Shown here: positions 1-12,154 of the stretch, one piece after another
Numbering within the stretch: the first letter of the stretch is position 1
Layout of the letters: each line of letters opens with the position of its first letter
From: Fimicolochytrium jonesii
Lineage: Eukaryota
Reading direction: 5' to 3'
Length of the DNA stretch: 64,000 bases
NCBI RefSeq assembly: GCF_025526975.1
Contig: NW_026515669.1
Span: forward strand, 248,001 to 312,000
Program-made: the position numbers and the translations under genes
The notes under the pieces: generated by a model
What the model was told of the DNA's origin: nothing
Databases searched by the model: none
Seen by the model: the letters and a program-made list of their open reading frames with translations, nothing else

Positions 1-2734
1 CTGAAAGGCTGATTTTCAACGGATGCGCCAAAAGATTGCGTAGGATGCCTTTCGAACAAGCTTCTGCAAGGAGACACCTTTTACACGTTCAAATGCTCGG
101 TTTGCGGAAAAGGGCGGCAGGAGTATGAGCGACCGGCTATGAGTTGGTAAGGTGATCATTGTTCTCGAAGATGTCTTCAAGGGAGCCATACTGATAGAGA
201 GCCAGGCTGAATATCACGCATTTTGCGGTGTATACACTCTTACGGCAAAATCCAGCGAAGGAGTTTGTCCGGTGGAAGGAAGAGATATGCCTGTTCATTG
301 ACACGCACTGGGAGTATCTGAAACCTGGGAAGCCTCGTACGTAGGGCTTCGTAGCATTTGATCCCTCAAGGAATGCACCTCACCCCAGTGGGTTCGACTT
401 GTAGGTTCCCCAACGTGGCACAACACGGTCGCAAGTATATTGTCCACCTCGCATGGGAAGGACAAGGTCTTCAAATCGGGAACGGAGAAGTTTGGACAGC
501 CAGGTGCGTTCCTGACGTACTTCGGGCACCATCTGTGGCATGCATTGAGTCACGGCGTGTAGGATACTGGGGCCTGAATGTATTGAAACCTCCGGAAAGT
601 GGTACTGCCAAGTCTGGGGTGAAACCCAGGGTAAGCGGTTGCAAAAGATGCCAAGGGCATGTACGGGGTTCTGATGGTGATGCATGTCTCAGGAACTCAA
701 GAACACTCCGAAGGAGAAGGATTCTACGCCCACCAGAGTGTCGCAACCTCATGTTAGGAAGAAAAGGGACCGAAAGCCGATCGATGATGGAGCTGTTCGC
801 ACGGGACGGTTGAAGGCGGAGCCTTTCGACGAGAGTAAATGCACTCGCTCAGGCATTGCAGGTCCGTCGCTCAAGGTACATCGAACGTCATTACGTTATG
901 GTCAATGCTGCAGTGGCTCACTTATGTGCAACAGCGCAAACTTTCACTCGAGGACGTATCGGATGCGTCGCTCACGAAGAAAGTAAAGAGCGAGCCCCTC
1001 GATGTACGCACTGTCTGATGCCAAACTCTGTTTCTCTCTCCGATGTGACGTTCTTCCGCTCTTGTAGAATGAAAATGGTTCTGTCCCCGCGACCGCAAAC
1101 ACTAGTGGAAAGCATCTGCCCGCATCTAAGCCTATCCTCGCACCCAGGCAAAGAAATGACCGGCATAAACCAGTGTCAGAAGACGAAACAGACATTTTTG
1201 GGGACGATGACTCGGACCTCTCCTCGCTGTCGTCCATCGAAGACAGCGATGATGGTCGGGGCAACCCCTCACATCATGCTTCGGCTGAGAAGCAATCTAG
1301 AATTAGGTTTGGGGGTCTTGGCAAAGGAAAGGGAATAAGCCGCGTGGAGGCAGAGGGGTATGCAAACTCGTCAGACGTACGTCGGAGATCATACCCCTCT
1401 GTACTGTCGGCTGACGATGATGAGGAAGACGAGGAGCCGGAGGATTTCACCGATGATTTGGACGAAGAAGACCAGGATGACACAGATTCGGATACAGATA
1501 CGGATGAAGAGCTTGCCTCGGAAACGAGGCCATTGGCCCCAGAAGCGAATCATAAAGCACGCGATACCTCTTTTCCATCTGCGAAGCCGAAGGTAAGTGG
1601 TGGCTTGTGGGCCTCATTCCATTTTCCAGTTTGACTGTACTGACGACATTCATATTTTGCTAGTATCATACCTTTGTAACTCCCGAACAAGAATACAATC
1701 TCCTCCAATTGCTTTCCGATGCCGCAAACCCTCTCCCACCAGCGGCCGCGCGTCTTCGGCGAAAGATCCAACTCCGGCGACACAAACGCACGGTTGGCGC
1801 CCGGTTGTTTGATTTTGATTCCGTCGTATCGCGATCCCTGCGGGACCCGCACCATCGCAGGAAAGACTCAGAGCCAACGCACAATGCTCCATCTTCTGTC
1901 AGATTGACACCGTTAATCTACCGGGAGCCGGACGGCATACCATCGTTGGTTACCCTAGCCGACGGGCGCATCGCGAAACTCATTATTCGTGGTATGGACT
2001 CCAAGCTCGCTTTACAGCGATTCCGTGCGGTCCGCCATGTCTCTCATACGAAATATGAGCACTCGTTCCTGTCCCGCATTGAAGGCCAGCTCACTCCGAA
2101 GGTGACGGTGTCGCCATACTCGGGAAAGCCTCTTCCATCCTATGTCTGGCGTAGCTACCCCGACGGTCCTGCTGCCGCCACAGCTCCGCCTCAGCAACGC
2201 ATGTTGGAGATAATCTCCGGCAAGTCGCGGCCCATCGATTACAAACATCTCGACTCCGCCCATCTCAGTGCGGTGAATGACCTGCTTTCGAGGGTGTTCT
2301 GGCCTGGCATCGACGTCGCTGAAGCGCTCACATACCCGGAATACACGCTGGTCGCGTTGTACGGGCGTGTGGCTATAGGAGTAGCCGTCATGACTCCTGA
2401 GGGATATCTCAGTTACCTCGCTGTTAAAAGTGGATGGAACGGTGCCGGCATAGCAAGGTTTATGCTCTTCTATCTGATTCAAGCCGTATCAGGAAAGGAC
2501 ATTACACTCCACGTTTCCGCAAACAACAAGGCGATGGTAAGTCTGCCGCACGTTGTTTATGACTTTGTTTGCGGATGTTAACAAAGCCCGCTCACTTCAC
2601 TTTTCTTAATCCAGTTGCTGTATCAACGCATGGGTTTCAAGCCGGAGGAGTTCATAGTTGGGTTTTACGACAAGTACCTACCACCGGAAAGTACCGCCTG
2701 CAAGAATGCTTTTTTTGTCCGCCTAAGGAGATGA
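1..2734 (+). CDS. KAT14: Histone acetyltransferase KAT14/CSRP2BP (ATAC2)-like, multi-exon, 5' end outside window
   Basis: N-terminal CSVC zinc-finger remnant and 'FVRWKEEICLFIDTHW...SPTWHNTVASILST' segment, then an acidic linker. C-terminal GNAT domain 'VNDLLSRVFWPGIDVAEAL...YLSYLAVKSGWNGAGIARFMLFYLIQ...DITLHVSANNKAM|LLYQRMGFKPEEFIVGFYDKYLPP...KNAFFVRLRR*'. GT-AG introns; TGA at 2732-2734. Confidence 0.85.
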
Positions 2735-3047
2735 AGCCCGTTCGACCTGGTCGGTCGCGCTTCCTTTGGTTCCCATACATCATCCGTCATATACCCATTT
2801 CACTGGTTGACTTATTTATTATGCATATGCAATCTTTAATTCCTATTGTATCGGAGAGGAAACCTGTACGTAGTCCTTTAGCTTCATTCTGTGCATTGGA
2901 AATATCGGTCTGGAAGACCCAGCGGAGGAGTCGGAGCCAACGACTGGCCAACGAACGCGCTGTCATATTTCTCAGAAAGAGGCCGTTTTTTTCGAGAAAG
3001 AGGACGAAATCAAGCAGAGAGAGTTCCCAGCTGAGAACGACAACAAC

Positions 3048-4154
3048 ATGGGCAAACGTCTCAAAGCAGCGCTTGTCCACCAGCGCTATATGCAAGAAGT
3101 TTATGCGAAAACAAAGCAGAAGCAGGAGAACGCACAAGCAGCGGTTGGAGGTAGCAAAGGCCGGAATCCGAAAAAACCGCGGGTAGAACAACGACCCGAG
3201 GCCCTAGTGAAGGCAGGAGTCGCAACGGGAGCAGAAAAGGCTGCCAAGAAGAAACGACCGTCCGTATTTCCGTTTGAAGAGTGGGACTCGATACTTTTTG
3301 TTGGAGAAGGTTGGTTGAGCGGAGACTATTATCGAAACCTGCACATTTTTGGACATACGGGACTCATATGTTCATCTTGTGTTGGACAGGAAACTTCAGC
3401 TTCGCACATGCAGTCGCTGAAAAGCTTCATGGAGCATGCACGATTCTTGCCACGTCGTTCGACGATGAAGCAACCGTTGCCGAGAAGTACCCCGACGCTG
3501 CAGAACACATCCAGGCGATCGTTGAGCTGGGCGGTAAAGTAATGCACGGCGTGGACGCAACGGAATTAGATACCTGGAAGCATGCGAAAAAATTATCGTT
3601 TGCCAAAATCGTTTTCAACTTCCCCCATGTCGGTACGTCTCGTCTTCCATTTGAATGGAAGAGCCCTACGTTCCTTTCGGGGTGATCTGATTTGGTTCAT
3701 AGGCGCCGGAATCAAAGACAAACACCGTAACATCCTTGCAAATCAAACCCTCCTCTTCAACTTCTTCCATTCCGCTCTTCCCAAACTCGCACCATCAGGA
3801 GAAATCCTTGTCACCTTGAAGTGCGGCGATCCATATGATCTCTGGGACGTCAAAGCGCAAGCCAGAAAGACCGGGCAGCTGAACAGTTCGCGGTCATTTG
3901 CATTCGATGCGGACCTTTACCCGGAATACTCGCATAGGAGGACATTGGGATTCGTGGAGGGCGTCTCGGTTGGATCGAACGAGGAGATTCTAAAAGCAGG
4001 CGTTCCAAGAATGTATGGGTTCGTTCGGAAACCTGAGAAAGATGAAGAAGACGGAACAAGTGTGGCGGGCAAGGGAAAAGCTAAAAGGATTAAAGGTAAA
4101 GATGGGAAGGGTAAGAGAAAGCGCACAGAGAAGGATAGTGATAGCGATGAGTAA
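3048..4154 (+). CDS. BMT5: 25S rRNA (uridine-N3)-methyltransferase BMT5-like (DUF2431), 3 exons
   Basis: Motifs 'ILFVGEG|NFSFA', 'ATSFD...KYP', 'HGVDAT', 'IVFNFPHVG|AGIKD...NILANQTLL', 'GEILVTL..GDPYDLWDVK', 'YPEYSHRRT' join across two GT-AG introns. Confidence 0.88.
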
Positions 4155-4624
4155 ACCAGCGCTCGAGATTCCGGTCCCAATGTTCTTATATTAGATAGAT
4201 AGATTTTGTAGATATGTGCATGCAACTTGATATGGTTCTCGCGCGTTGCGCACAGAACCAGATGATTAAGTGTTGTTTGCCGCCCAAAATGCAGTTGTTC
4301 TCGACTTGATTGCTCATTTGAATGCTACACCTGCCGGTGCTCCCGCACAGGTCGCCGGTGGCGATAAGTAATTGCTGCTTGTCAAGGCCATTAATGCGGA
4401 AGCGAAAGTGAGCAGCTGTGCTCGCCACGGCTGCGCATTTGGTCGTCGTGAATCCTCGAACGAACAGAGTGCAAGGTCACAGCATATGGGTCTTGACGCA
4501 TGGACCGCTCGCCTTTCCTTCCACCAGGCCCGGGAAGACACGCACAGCAATGACGGAGCATTTCCCAATTCAAGCCCTAACGCGGGCTTTCGTCGCGCGT
4601 ATCCCAGGGAGGCCGTCCGCACGC

Positions 4625-5349
4625 TCATCCTCGGGCATATTTCACAGTTTGCTTCTTCTGCTTCTTGCCGGATGCTGCCGGCGTCGGTTGAAACCCGGAT
4701 CCTCCACCCCGGCCCAGCATTGGGGCGACCTTAGAGCCCAAGCGGATTAATCTACTATTATGAAAGTGCTTGGTAGCAAAGCTTCATCGTCCCTGTACCT
4801 TTTGCCAAATCTTGTAAACCGCGAAGAGAGGTATGATCAAGTATGTCCACCAAAATTCTAGTATAAGACTGATCAGTCCAAAGGCCAATGCATCGACTTC
4901 TTGGCGTTGTTGACTACTCACTCTCAGAGATGATTGCAGTGCTCACCAGCACGAACCATCCCACATAGATCACATCAAACATGTACGGCACCACAAGGCC
5001 GGACTCATCGTTCAAATCCTGTCCTGCGTGCTTCACAGCTCCCGTCTCGTCGACGCTCGGTTCAGCAGCCGACTTTAGCGATCCGTATAGATAGTAGAAG
5101 ATGCCATTGACGAGAAGAAACCCGATAGCGACGGCGATGCTGAAAGAACTCCAGCGGAATGCTATCCGGTATAACGAGTAAAGTGCGACAACGATAAGGT
5201 GGATCTGCAGCGTGCTTTTCAGCCGTGCCGCGTTGGTGACCAATAGTTTTTTGGCGGAGGAGTTGGCCTGCGGTGGGATTTGAGGTCAACTTCGTTTCTG
5301 AACGGGAGGATGGCAAATGCCGAAGCAGTGACACAAACGGGCATACCAT
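4625..5349 (-). CDS. SND2: SRP-independent targeting protein SND2/TMEM208 (DUF788), 4 exons
   Basis: ATG-only first exon (5349-5347) then a GTATGC intron. Protein reads 'ANSSAKKL...AGQDLNDESGLVVPYMFDVIYVGWFVLV...FWWTYLIIPLFAVYKIW' with basic C-terminus 'KKQKKQTVKYARG*'. Confidence 0.85.
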
Positions 5350-5738
5350 CTTCGCTATATGTGAACAAGGGTGGAGGATGCAGCTGGTAAAGTCTGCGGA
5401 CTCGGAGCGGAGTTATAACTAGTTCTGCGAAGACGGGTGGGCTTCACAGGCTGTGCACTTTTGGGAGTTTCGGAGTGCAATGTGGACAGAGGAGGGAGCC
5501 GGAAGAGCTGGGAAGCATGGAAAGCGACCCCAAAGTGACCGCAACAAGTCGTCAGGTCGCAATTGCCCGTCATTTCACCATTTCTGTTCAGTCCGAGTCT
5601 GCTCCGCCTCTGGCCCCGCACATTAGCTCATAGTATCCAGCTTACTTCGTTGCAAACAACCGATACTCCGTTGGACGTCTCATTTGTAGCGTAGCACCCT
5701 ACAGTCCTACACATTGTTGAACGCGACGGCCGGTCAAG

Positions 5739-7706
5739 ATGTTGTGCAGATTGGGAGCACCGGAGGCCAGAAAGGTGGCAAGCATAGGGGTAGGAGTGCG
5801 ACCGCTTTCACGAGCGTTGCGTCCGCAGGGTATATCAAGAGGCGGACTGCCACCCTCGAAACGGCGAGCGTTTGTCTCCCTCCCGCAAGCAACGCCAAGG
5901 GAGCGCACGCTTCTCTTCCACGGTACACAGTACGGAAGACGACGAGGATACACCAGCGCCAGTGGGCAGATGTCGGAAGAAGTGCTTACTCCAATTGCCA
6001 GTTTCCGGTCGCTCGTAGAATCCCTGCCTGTTTTTCGCTGCGATGCTAGCAAAGTGCACATTTTGGATGAACCTGCCGATTTCTACAGGGAACTGGAGGT
6101 GGGTGGTTACTGCAAGATACCCTGTTGAGGAGATTGGTTCGATTGATTTGTTTCCTTCAGAAAGGGATTCTGTCCGCGAAAACTCGGATAGTCCTTGCTT
6201 CTCTATATTTGGGAGAAGGGGAGAAGCGGGTAGCCGAAGCTCTCCACAAAGCTCTTGCGAATAACCCAGATTTGGAAGTGACGCTCCTTCTCGATTACTT
6301 TCGGGGGACCCGAGGATCAACAAACAGCGTTTCTTTGTTGGCCCCGCTTGTCGAAGCCTTTCGTGGGCGAGTCGCCTTTCGCCTATACCACACGCCCGCA
6401 CTTGGGACATTGTTGCAAAAAATCGTGCCGCCACGGTTCAATGAGGGGTTCGGACTGCAGCATATGAAGATTTACATATTTGATGACGATGTGATGCTGA
6501 GCGGGTGAGCACCCACCCTTTCGGACGGTTGCACCGGACATGCCGCATGCTGAACCACCTCCCCACAGCGCAAATCTGAACACAGACTACTTTGTCAATC
6601 GACAAGATAGATACGTGATCTTTCGAGATACCCGTCAGCTTACGGATTATTATGCAGACCTGGTCGACGTTGTTGGCAGCTTTTCCTTCAAAGTATCGCC
6701 CGATACGGTCGGTCCACCACAACTTCACCCTCCATTCGCTCGCTCAGATGGCCGTTTGGACCGCCCCGCATTGAAAGAGAATGCATCTCGATTGTTGCGG
6801 GCATTCTGCGAGAGGTGGCATGCCGCAACCGCCGCTTTGCGGAAAGACGTTCTGGAGGCGGTTCAGGCCGAAACAGCACGGGCAAGAAACACCCTGGACA
6901 CCCTGGTGTTACCTTTGATACAGGTTGGCCCGTTGGGCATTCGACAGGAAGAGGATACGTTGAACAAGCTATTGGCGGCATTGGGGAGTCGAGACCCGGG
7001 AAAAACCGCACCAGGGACGGACTTGTCTACCAAGTGGACGGTACACCTCAGCTCAGGGTATTTGAACTTTCCAAAGTTCATGGTGGAACTGCTGGCCAAC
7101 TCTGCAGCAGTTTTCAGGATCCTCACTTCTGCGCCAGAGGTGAGCGAGAGACGATAGTACTTACATTCTTACAGGTCATTCAGAGACTGACTGCATGTGA
7201 TTACGAAGGCAAACGGCTTCTTTGGCTCTAAAGGGGTCTCCCGACACCTCCCGGCAGCATATACGTACCTGGAAAAGAAGCTTCTACAATCCGTCACGGA
7301 GGTTGGACGGCGCGACACGGAGTTCCTGATCAACGAGTGGAAGAAACCTGGATGGACATTCCATGGGAAAGGGTTATGGTGCACGCCACCGAAGGAGTCT
7401 GATCCAGTATTGACGGTGATCGGGTCTTCGAATTTTGGTTATCGGTCGGCGTACCGGGATGTAGAGGCACAGGCGGTGTTGATCACGGCGAATAAGGAGT
7501 TGAGGGGCAGAATGAAAAAGGTTCGTGGTGACAAGTTAGTAGTGAGACGAGCTTGGAGGAAAACTCATTGCAATTCTCTCTTTCAGAATTTGGACGCCTT
7601 GTGGGCTCATTCTGATACCGTTACTCGTGATGATTTGAACAAGCCCGAGAGAGTGGTTCACCCTGGAGTGGCTATTACCACGCGCGTTATCAGGACGATG
7701 CTGTGA
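5739..7706 (+). CDS. PGS1: Mitochondrial phosphatidylglycerophosphate synthase (PLD family)
   Basis: Arg-rich presequence; 'RIVLASLYLG', 'LLDYFRGTR', 'RFNEGFGLQHMKIYIFDDDVMLSG|ANLNTDYFVNRQDRY', 'GWTFHGKGLW', 'IGSSNFGYRS..RDVEAQ'. Four GT-AG introns. Confidence 0.93.
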
Positions 7707-8014
7707 AAGGCCTTCGACAGCCCTTTTTAAAGCTAGGGCACTCCCTAACGGACACGGCGTATCCATTGCTTAAGAACGGGACTTACGGCGGTAGTCCTTA
7801 TCCATTTTTGGACCCTAAGCTTATGCGTGTTATCTCTAAAGCGTTGTTTATTTCAATATATATGGAGAACATATTTGACGGAAACTACATGTGGCAGGTG
7901 ATGGAAGGAACGATTCGTTCGGCATCCGCCTGCCATACCAGACGCAGAATATCCAAGGATCGAGCACAAATCAGCGGCCAAAACTAAAGAACACAACGCC
8001 AAGGAAACCTTCCT

Positions 8015-11000
8015 CTATAGGACTAACCGCTCCTTCGCCTGCACCCCGTCCTCCTCTGCGTCCGCGTCGTCCCCTGCGGCCAACGTGTTCTCCGACCTCG
8101 GCCTCGTTTCCGAACTCCTCCCCAGCTGACTCGGGCGTCTCGGCCCATAATCGTATCTTCCACTGCTTGTCCCTTTCGAAATGGACGACGCCCGCCCCTT
8201 CCCGGGCGCCGCGCCGTCCGACGGTCCAGTGGAGGCGACAGAGGTGTCGAAGGTGTCGTGCAACTCTTCCTGGAACGCTCCGCTGCGCCGGCGTAGCGTG
8301 TCGCGGATGTTGTTCACTTCGGCTCGGAGGAGATCTACTTCCTCGGACGTGGTTGGGAGGTCTTGTAGCGAGCGCTCGAGGTCGGCGAGGATTTGAGTTT
8401 CCAAGATCATGTCGACGGCAATATTGTCGCCGCTGGAAAGAGAAGCAGGATAAGTATGACACGAGGGGTAGCTCATGCATATGAGAACTCTGCGCCGCTC
8501 TCAATGGTAGCTGGACTAAAAGCGTTAGATCGCAGGATAAGTACTCACAAGAACTTTCGTAATTTCCGCATCTTCCTCTTCTTGCTCTCCTTATTCTCCT
8601 CCGGATTCTGCGCACCGCTCACAGATCCTCGTGGTGTCTTGTCGTAGGCACCTTCTGCCGCATCGCCAGCATCTCCAACCCTCTCCTCAGGCAAGGTGAT
8701 CTGGGTCAACGCATCTAGAATATCCACGGCATTCTTCGCGTTCGTTACCAAGAAGGACAACCCGACGATACTCCTCCGCACATGGTCTACCTCCTTCTGC
8801 TGAGCCCCGGATGGCAGCGTCGATATGATGGCCTCGACTGGGGGCAGGTGGCCCAATACGCGTTCAAGTTTGGATGCCTTCTTCTGGAAAGATTTCTTCT
8901 CATCGAGCGTCAAGGGGCGGTTGATGACCGGGGGCGTGTTGGTTACCGTCGCCTTGGCGGTTTGGATATCCGTGACGCCGATACGCTGGCCCATCAGGTT
9001 AGAGATTTTGTCGAGGCGACGCTTGTGTGCCTGCTTGGACTCCGGGTCGTCATCCTCGGACTCGGAAGCGTCTTTGTCCATACGTAGCATGGTCGATGAA
9101 TGCGATGCGGACACCTGCGTCGAGCCGATCCCTCCTGAAGCGGCATTATCTAGTGTGCCCGAGAGAGCTTGCGTCGAGGGACCAATACCGGTGGCCTTCT
9201 CCTTCTCCTGCCTACCATGAACGACCTTCTTCGAGATGGTCTTTTCGTCCAGCGATTCGCCCAACATGCTGGCAATCTTCTTGGTTCTCTTTTGCAGGAT
9301 CCGGCGTTCCTCTGGATCCAGCTCGTTTACGGTCTCGCCAGGCGCCAGACTTTCCGCCGCAACATGTACCTCCAACGGATCGCCCGCCTCCCAACTCGAG
9401 CTGGTCGGGTTGGTGGTTGCGGCCGCCGTGGACGAGTCCCGTACCAACTGCTGCACCCGTTTCTGCTGGCTGGGTAAACGATCTCCGAAGAACTCTTCCA
9501 GCTTCTCCTTCTTCTTCCGTCGTTGGCTCTGGCTCCTCGGGTCGCTCTCATCGACATCGCCATCGTCGCCGTCGGCAAGGTCTGCGTCGGAAAAGGCAGC
9601 TCCGACTAGATCCTCCAGCGACTCCCGCGTGATCCCCTGCACGGATCGCAAATAGGATGCGGAAGCGTACGCGATCTGCTGCTGCACCAGCTCCACGGAC
9701 GGCCGCTCGCCGAAGAACTTGGCAAGCCTCTTTTCCTTATTCATGCGCGTCTGCTTGCTACTCCATTTGTTGCGATTCATCTCGTTGAAGTACCCCTCAA
9801 CAGAGCGGGAGAAATGCGGGAAGTAGTTCACGAGGACGCGATTGAGCATTTGCTCGCGAAATTTGATGGTTGTCGCAGCGGCTTGTGGAGTCGCTGTTTT
9901 CCCCGGTGCGCTTTGGTTTTGCGAAGCGGTTTTTTCGAGAAGGGGAAGAACGAGCTTCAGGAGCTCGGGGCTTCCCTGGAAATGGTTCGCGAATGGGCCG
10001 GCAATCTTCCCTAGCTGATATGTGTCGCCATCTGGGAGGAAGTCCTGTCTAGATGAGAACGGGCCCGACAAATTTGAAATATTTCGAAGCATGGAGAGAC
10101 GTACCAGATTGCCTGGCGGCCATATAAATCTGATGCCTCGAATTTTCTTCGAATCGGACAAACGAGTGATTTTTCAACATCGAATACACCTGTTCCTGCG
10201 CTTCATCGAACACCGTGCGATCAACATTCCCAGCATTCACTCCAATGATGGTCTGCAGATCCCTGCATATCTCGGGTGAGAAGTTCACTTGCAAAGGCGA
10301 CCCAGGCGCGATGTAGTTCAAGTAGATGTATCGTGCGAAAGTAGGGCGTATTGACGCCTGCGAAGATTGGAAAACCTCCACATCAATCCAGAAGAGAAGG
10401 TTTTCGATCGTGTACTCCTCCAAACAAAACTCGGAAAGGTACTTCAAAGCCATTTTGTTGCGAAGGTACAATTGAATGCGGTCGTCCAGCGATGGCGGGG
10501 CCTCTCCTGGCTGGCGGCTCAGTGTATGGGCCGTGGCTGTGGACGCTTTACGAGCTGGTAGCGGGCTGTACGCATCTTCCGTTGCCAAGGTGGCTACTTC
10601 CGTTTGTGCGTTCACGGACTCTCCCGAGGTCGAGAGGGCTTTGTCGGTCAACTGAAGGGAACTTGACTCATCTCTCGGCGTCAAGTTGCGATAGACACTC
10701 TCGCCTATGAAAGTTGGATTGGTTTGCTGCGAAAAATATGGCTCGCAGCTTCCGTTTGCCCTTACCTTCGAAAGAATTGATAACGGACACCTTGTCCATG
10801 TACTCCAGAACGTCCCCCACCGTATCCGAAAAGCGCAAAGCAAGCTGGCCTGCGTTGTACATTTGGCCAATTTGCAACGGATCCGGTCGTCGTGAGTCGA
10901 CGGTTCTGCTAGGTCCGCCGTCTTCCTGATAGAAATATCTGTACGCATAGTCGGCCTCAATCATCCTTGCCAAGCCCTCCACAGTCTCAGCCCTACTTAT

Positions 11001-11486
11001 AATGATATCAAAGTTGATCGAGCTTCCAACGATGGTAACATGAATCTTGGCAAACAGCTGAATGTGCTCCGAGATCCGTTTCTGTTGCTTCGTCAAGACC
11101 CGTGCGATGCGGATGCGACGTTCATTTTCGCTTTCGGCTACCGCCTCCAAGGGTGTGCTTCGAGGTTGTGACTGCTGGAATATCGAAGTTCGACGGGATT
11201 GATCCCTTGACGTCCGAGACACTCTGTCCTCCTGCTCTTTTTGACACTCCCAAGGGAAAGTGTTGTCAGAGCCTGATTGCTGGCTGCCACTGCTGGACAG
11301 ACGACCGCGCTCCTGCTGTTGCTGGGAGGCGGCAGCTTCAGAGCCTCGGCGTTCAGAAGGGGATTTCGGGGAATCAGAATTGAGGTCGTTACCAGGCGAA
11401 CGGCTGCGGCCGAACTTCTGGCTGAAAGAGAGAGAACGGAGGCGGCCGGTCCTAGGCGCCTCATCGGCGCCCTGTTGCCCAGACAT
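8015..11486 (-). CDS. RGS-domain protein with N-terminal ubiquitin-like-looking domain and C-terminal repeated KLxxFFG motifs
   Basis: RGS signature 'LSEFCLEEYTIENLLFWIDVE...ARYIYLNYIAPGSPLQVNF...VFDEAQEQVYSMLKNHSFVRF'. ORFs 10668-11558, 10049-10960, 8545-10161 and 8015-8476 join through canonical introns. Confidence 0.8.
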
Positions 11487-12154
11487 AACCGCTTTTCTGT
11501 CGGCCGCTCTTACGAAAGGTGGCAGAAAGTGGGAGAGTATGGGAAAAGATACTGACACTGGCTTCTTATCGGGCCTGGATCTGGATGGTGTAGGATAATC
11601 GGAGAGAGTATGCTTGCGAAATGTAGAAATGCGACATACAACACTGAATGCAAATATGGCCCAAGAATTTCAATATAAACACAATGGATTTACGGCAGGG
11701 GGGTCTTACTACTACTGGTCATCAATCCGATCGGACTGGCTGTCTGTTTGTCCCGTCAGAATCGGACCCAGAAGTCGGAGAGACGCTGTTAAAAGGCGTG
11801 AGCCAATCAGCGTGCGTGCTTACGTTATAGAACAGACTCCTGTCCGCTTCTGATGATGTCCACGATGTGAGGAGTCGTGCCGTCGCCCTAAAGATTTTTT
11901 CCCACGGAGAACCCATTGCAGGAGGTGCGAGGATTCCCACGGGCACAACAGACGCAGAACACACATCGCTTCTCTTTCGCTCTTTCCAAAGTCAACCCCT
12001 AGGGCCTCGCGTCGGTAAGTGTCGTTGCGCGAAGTATATCGGTCGCATAATCGACTGTGCTACGATCTCTACGACCTTGGCGTGTCGACCTCTCCTCGAC
12101 GCAACTACTAACTTCTACTCACATCCCAGCAGTGACTCCCCTCTCTAAGTCGAT

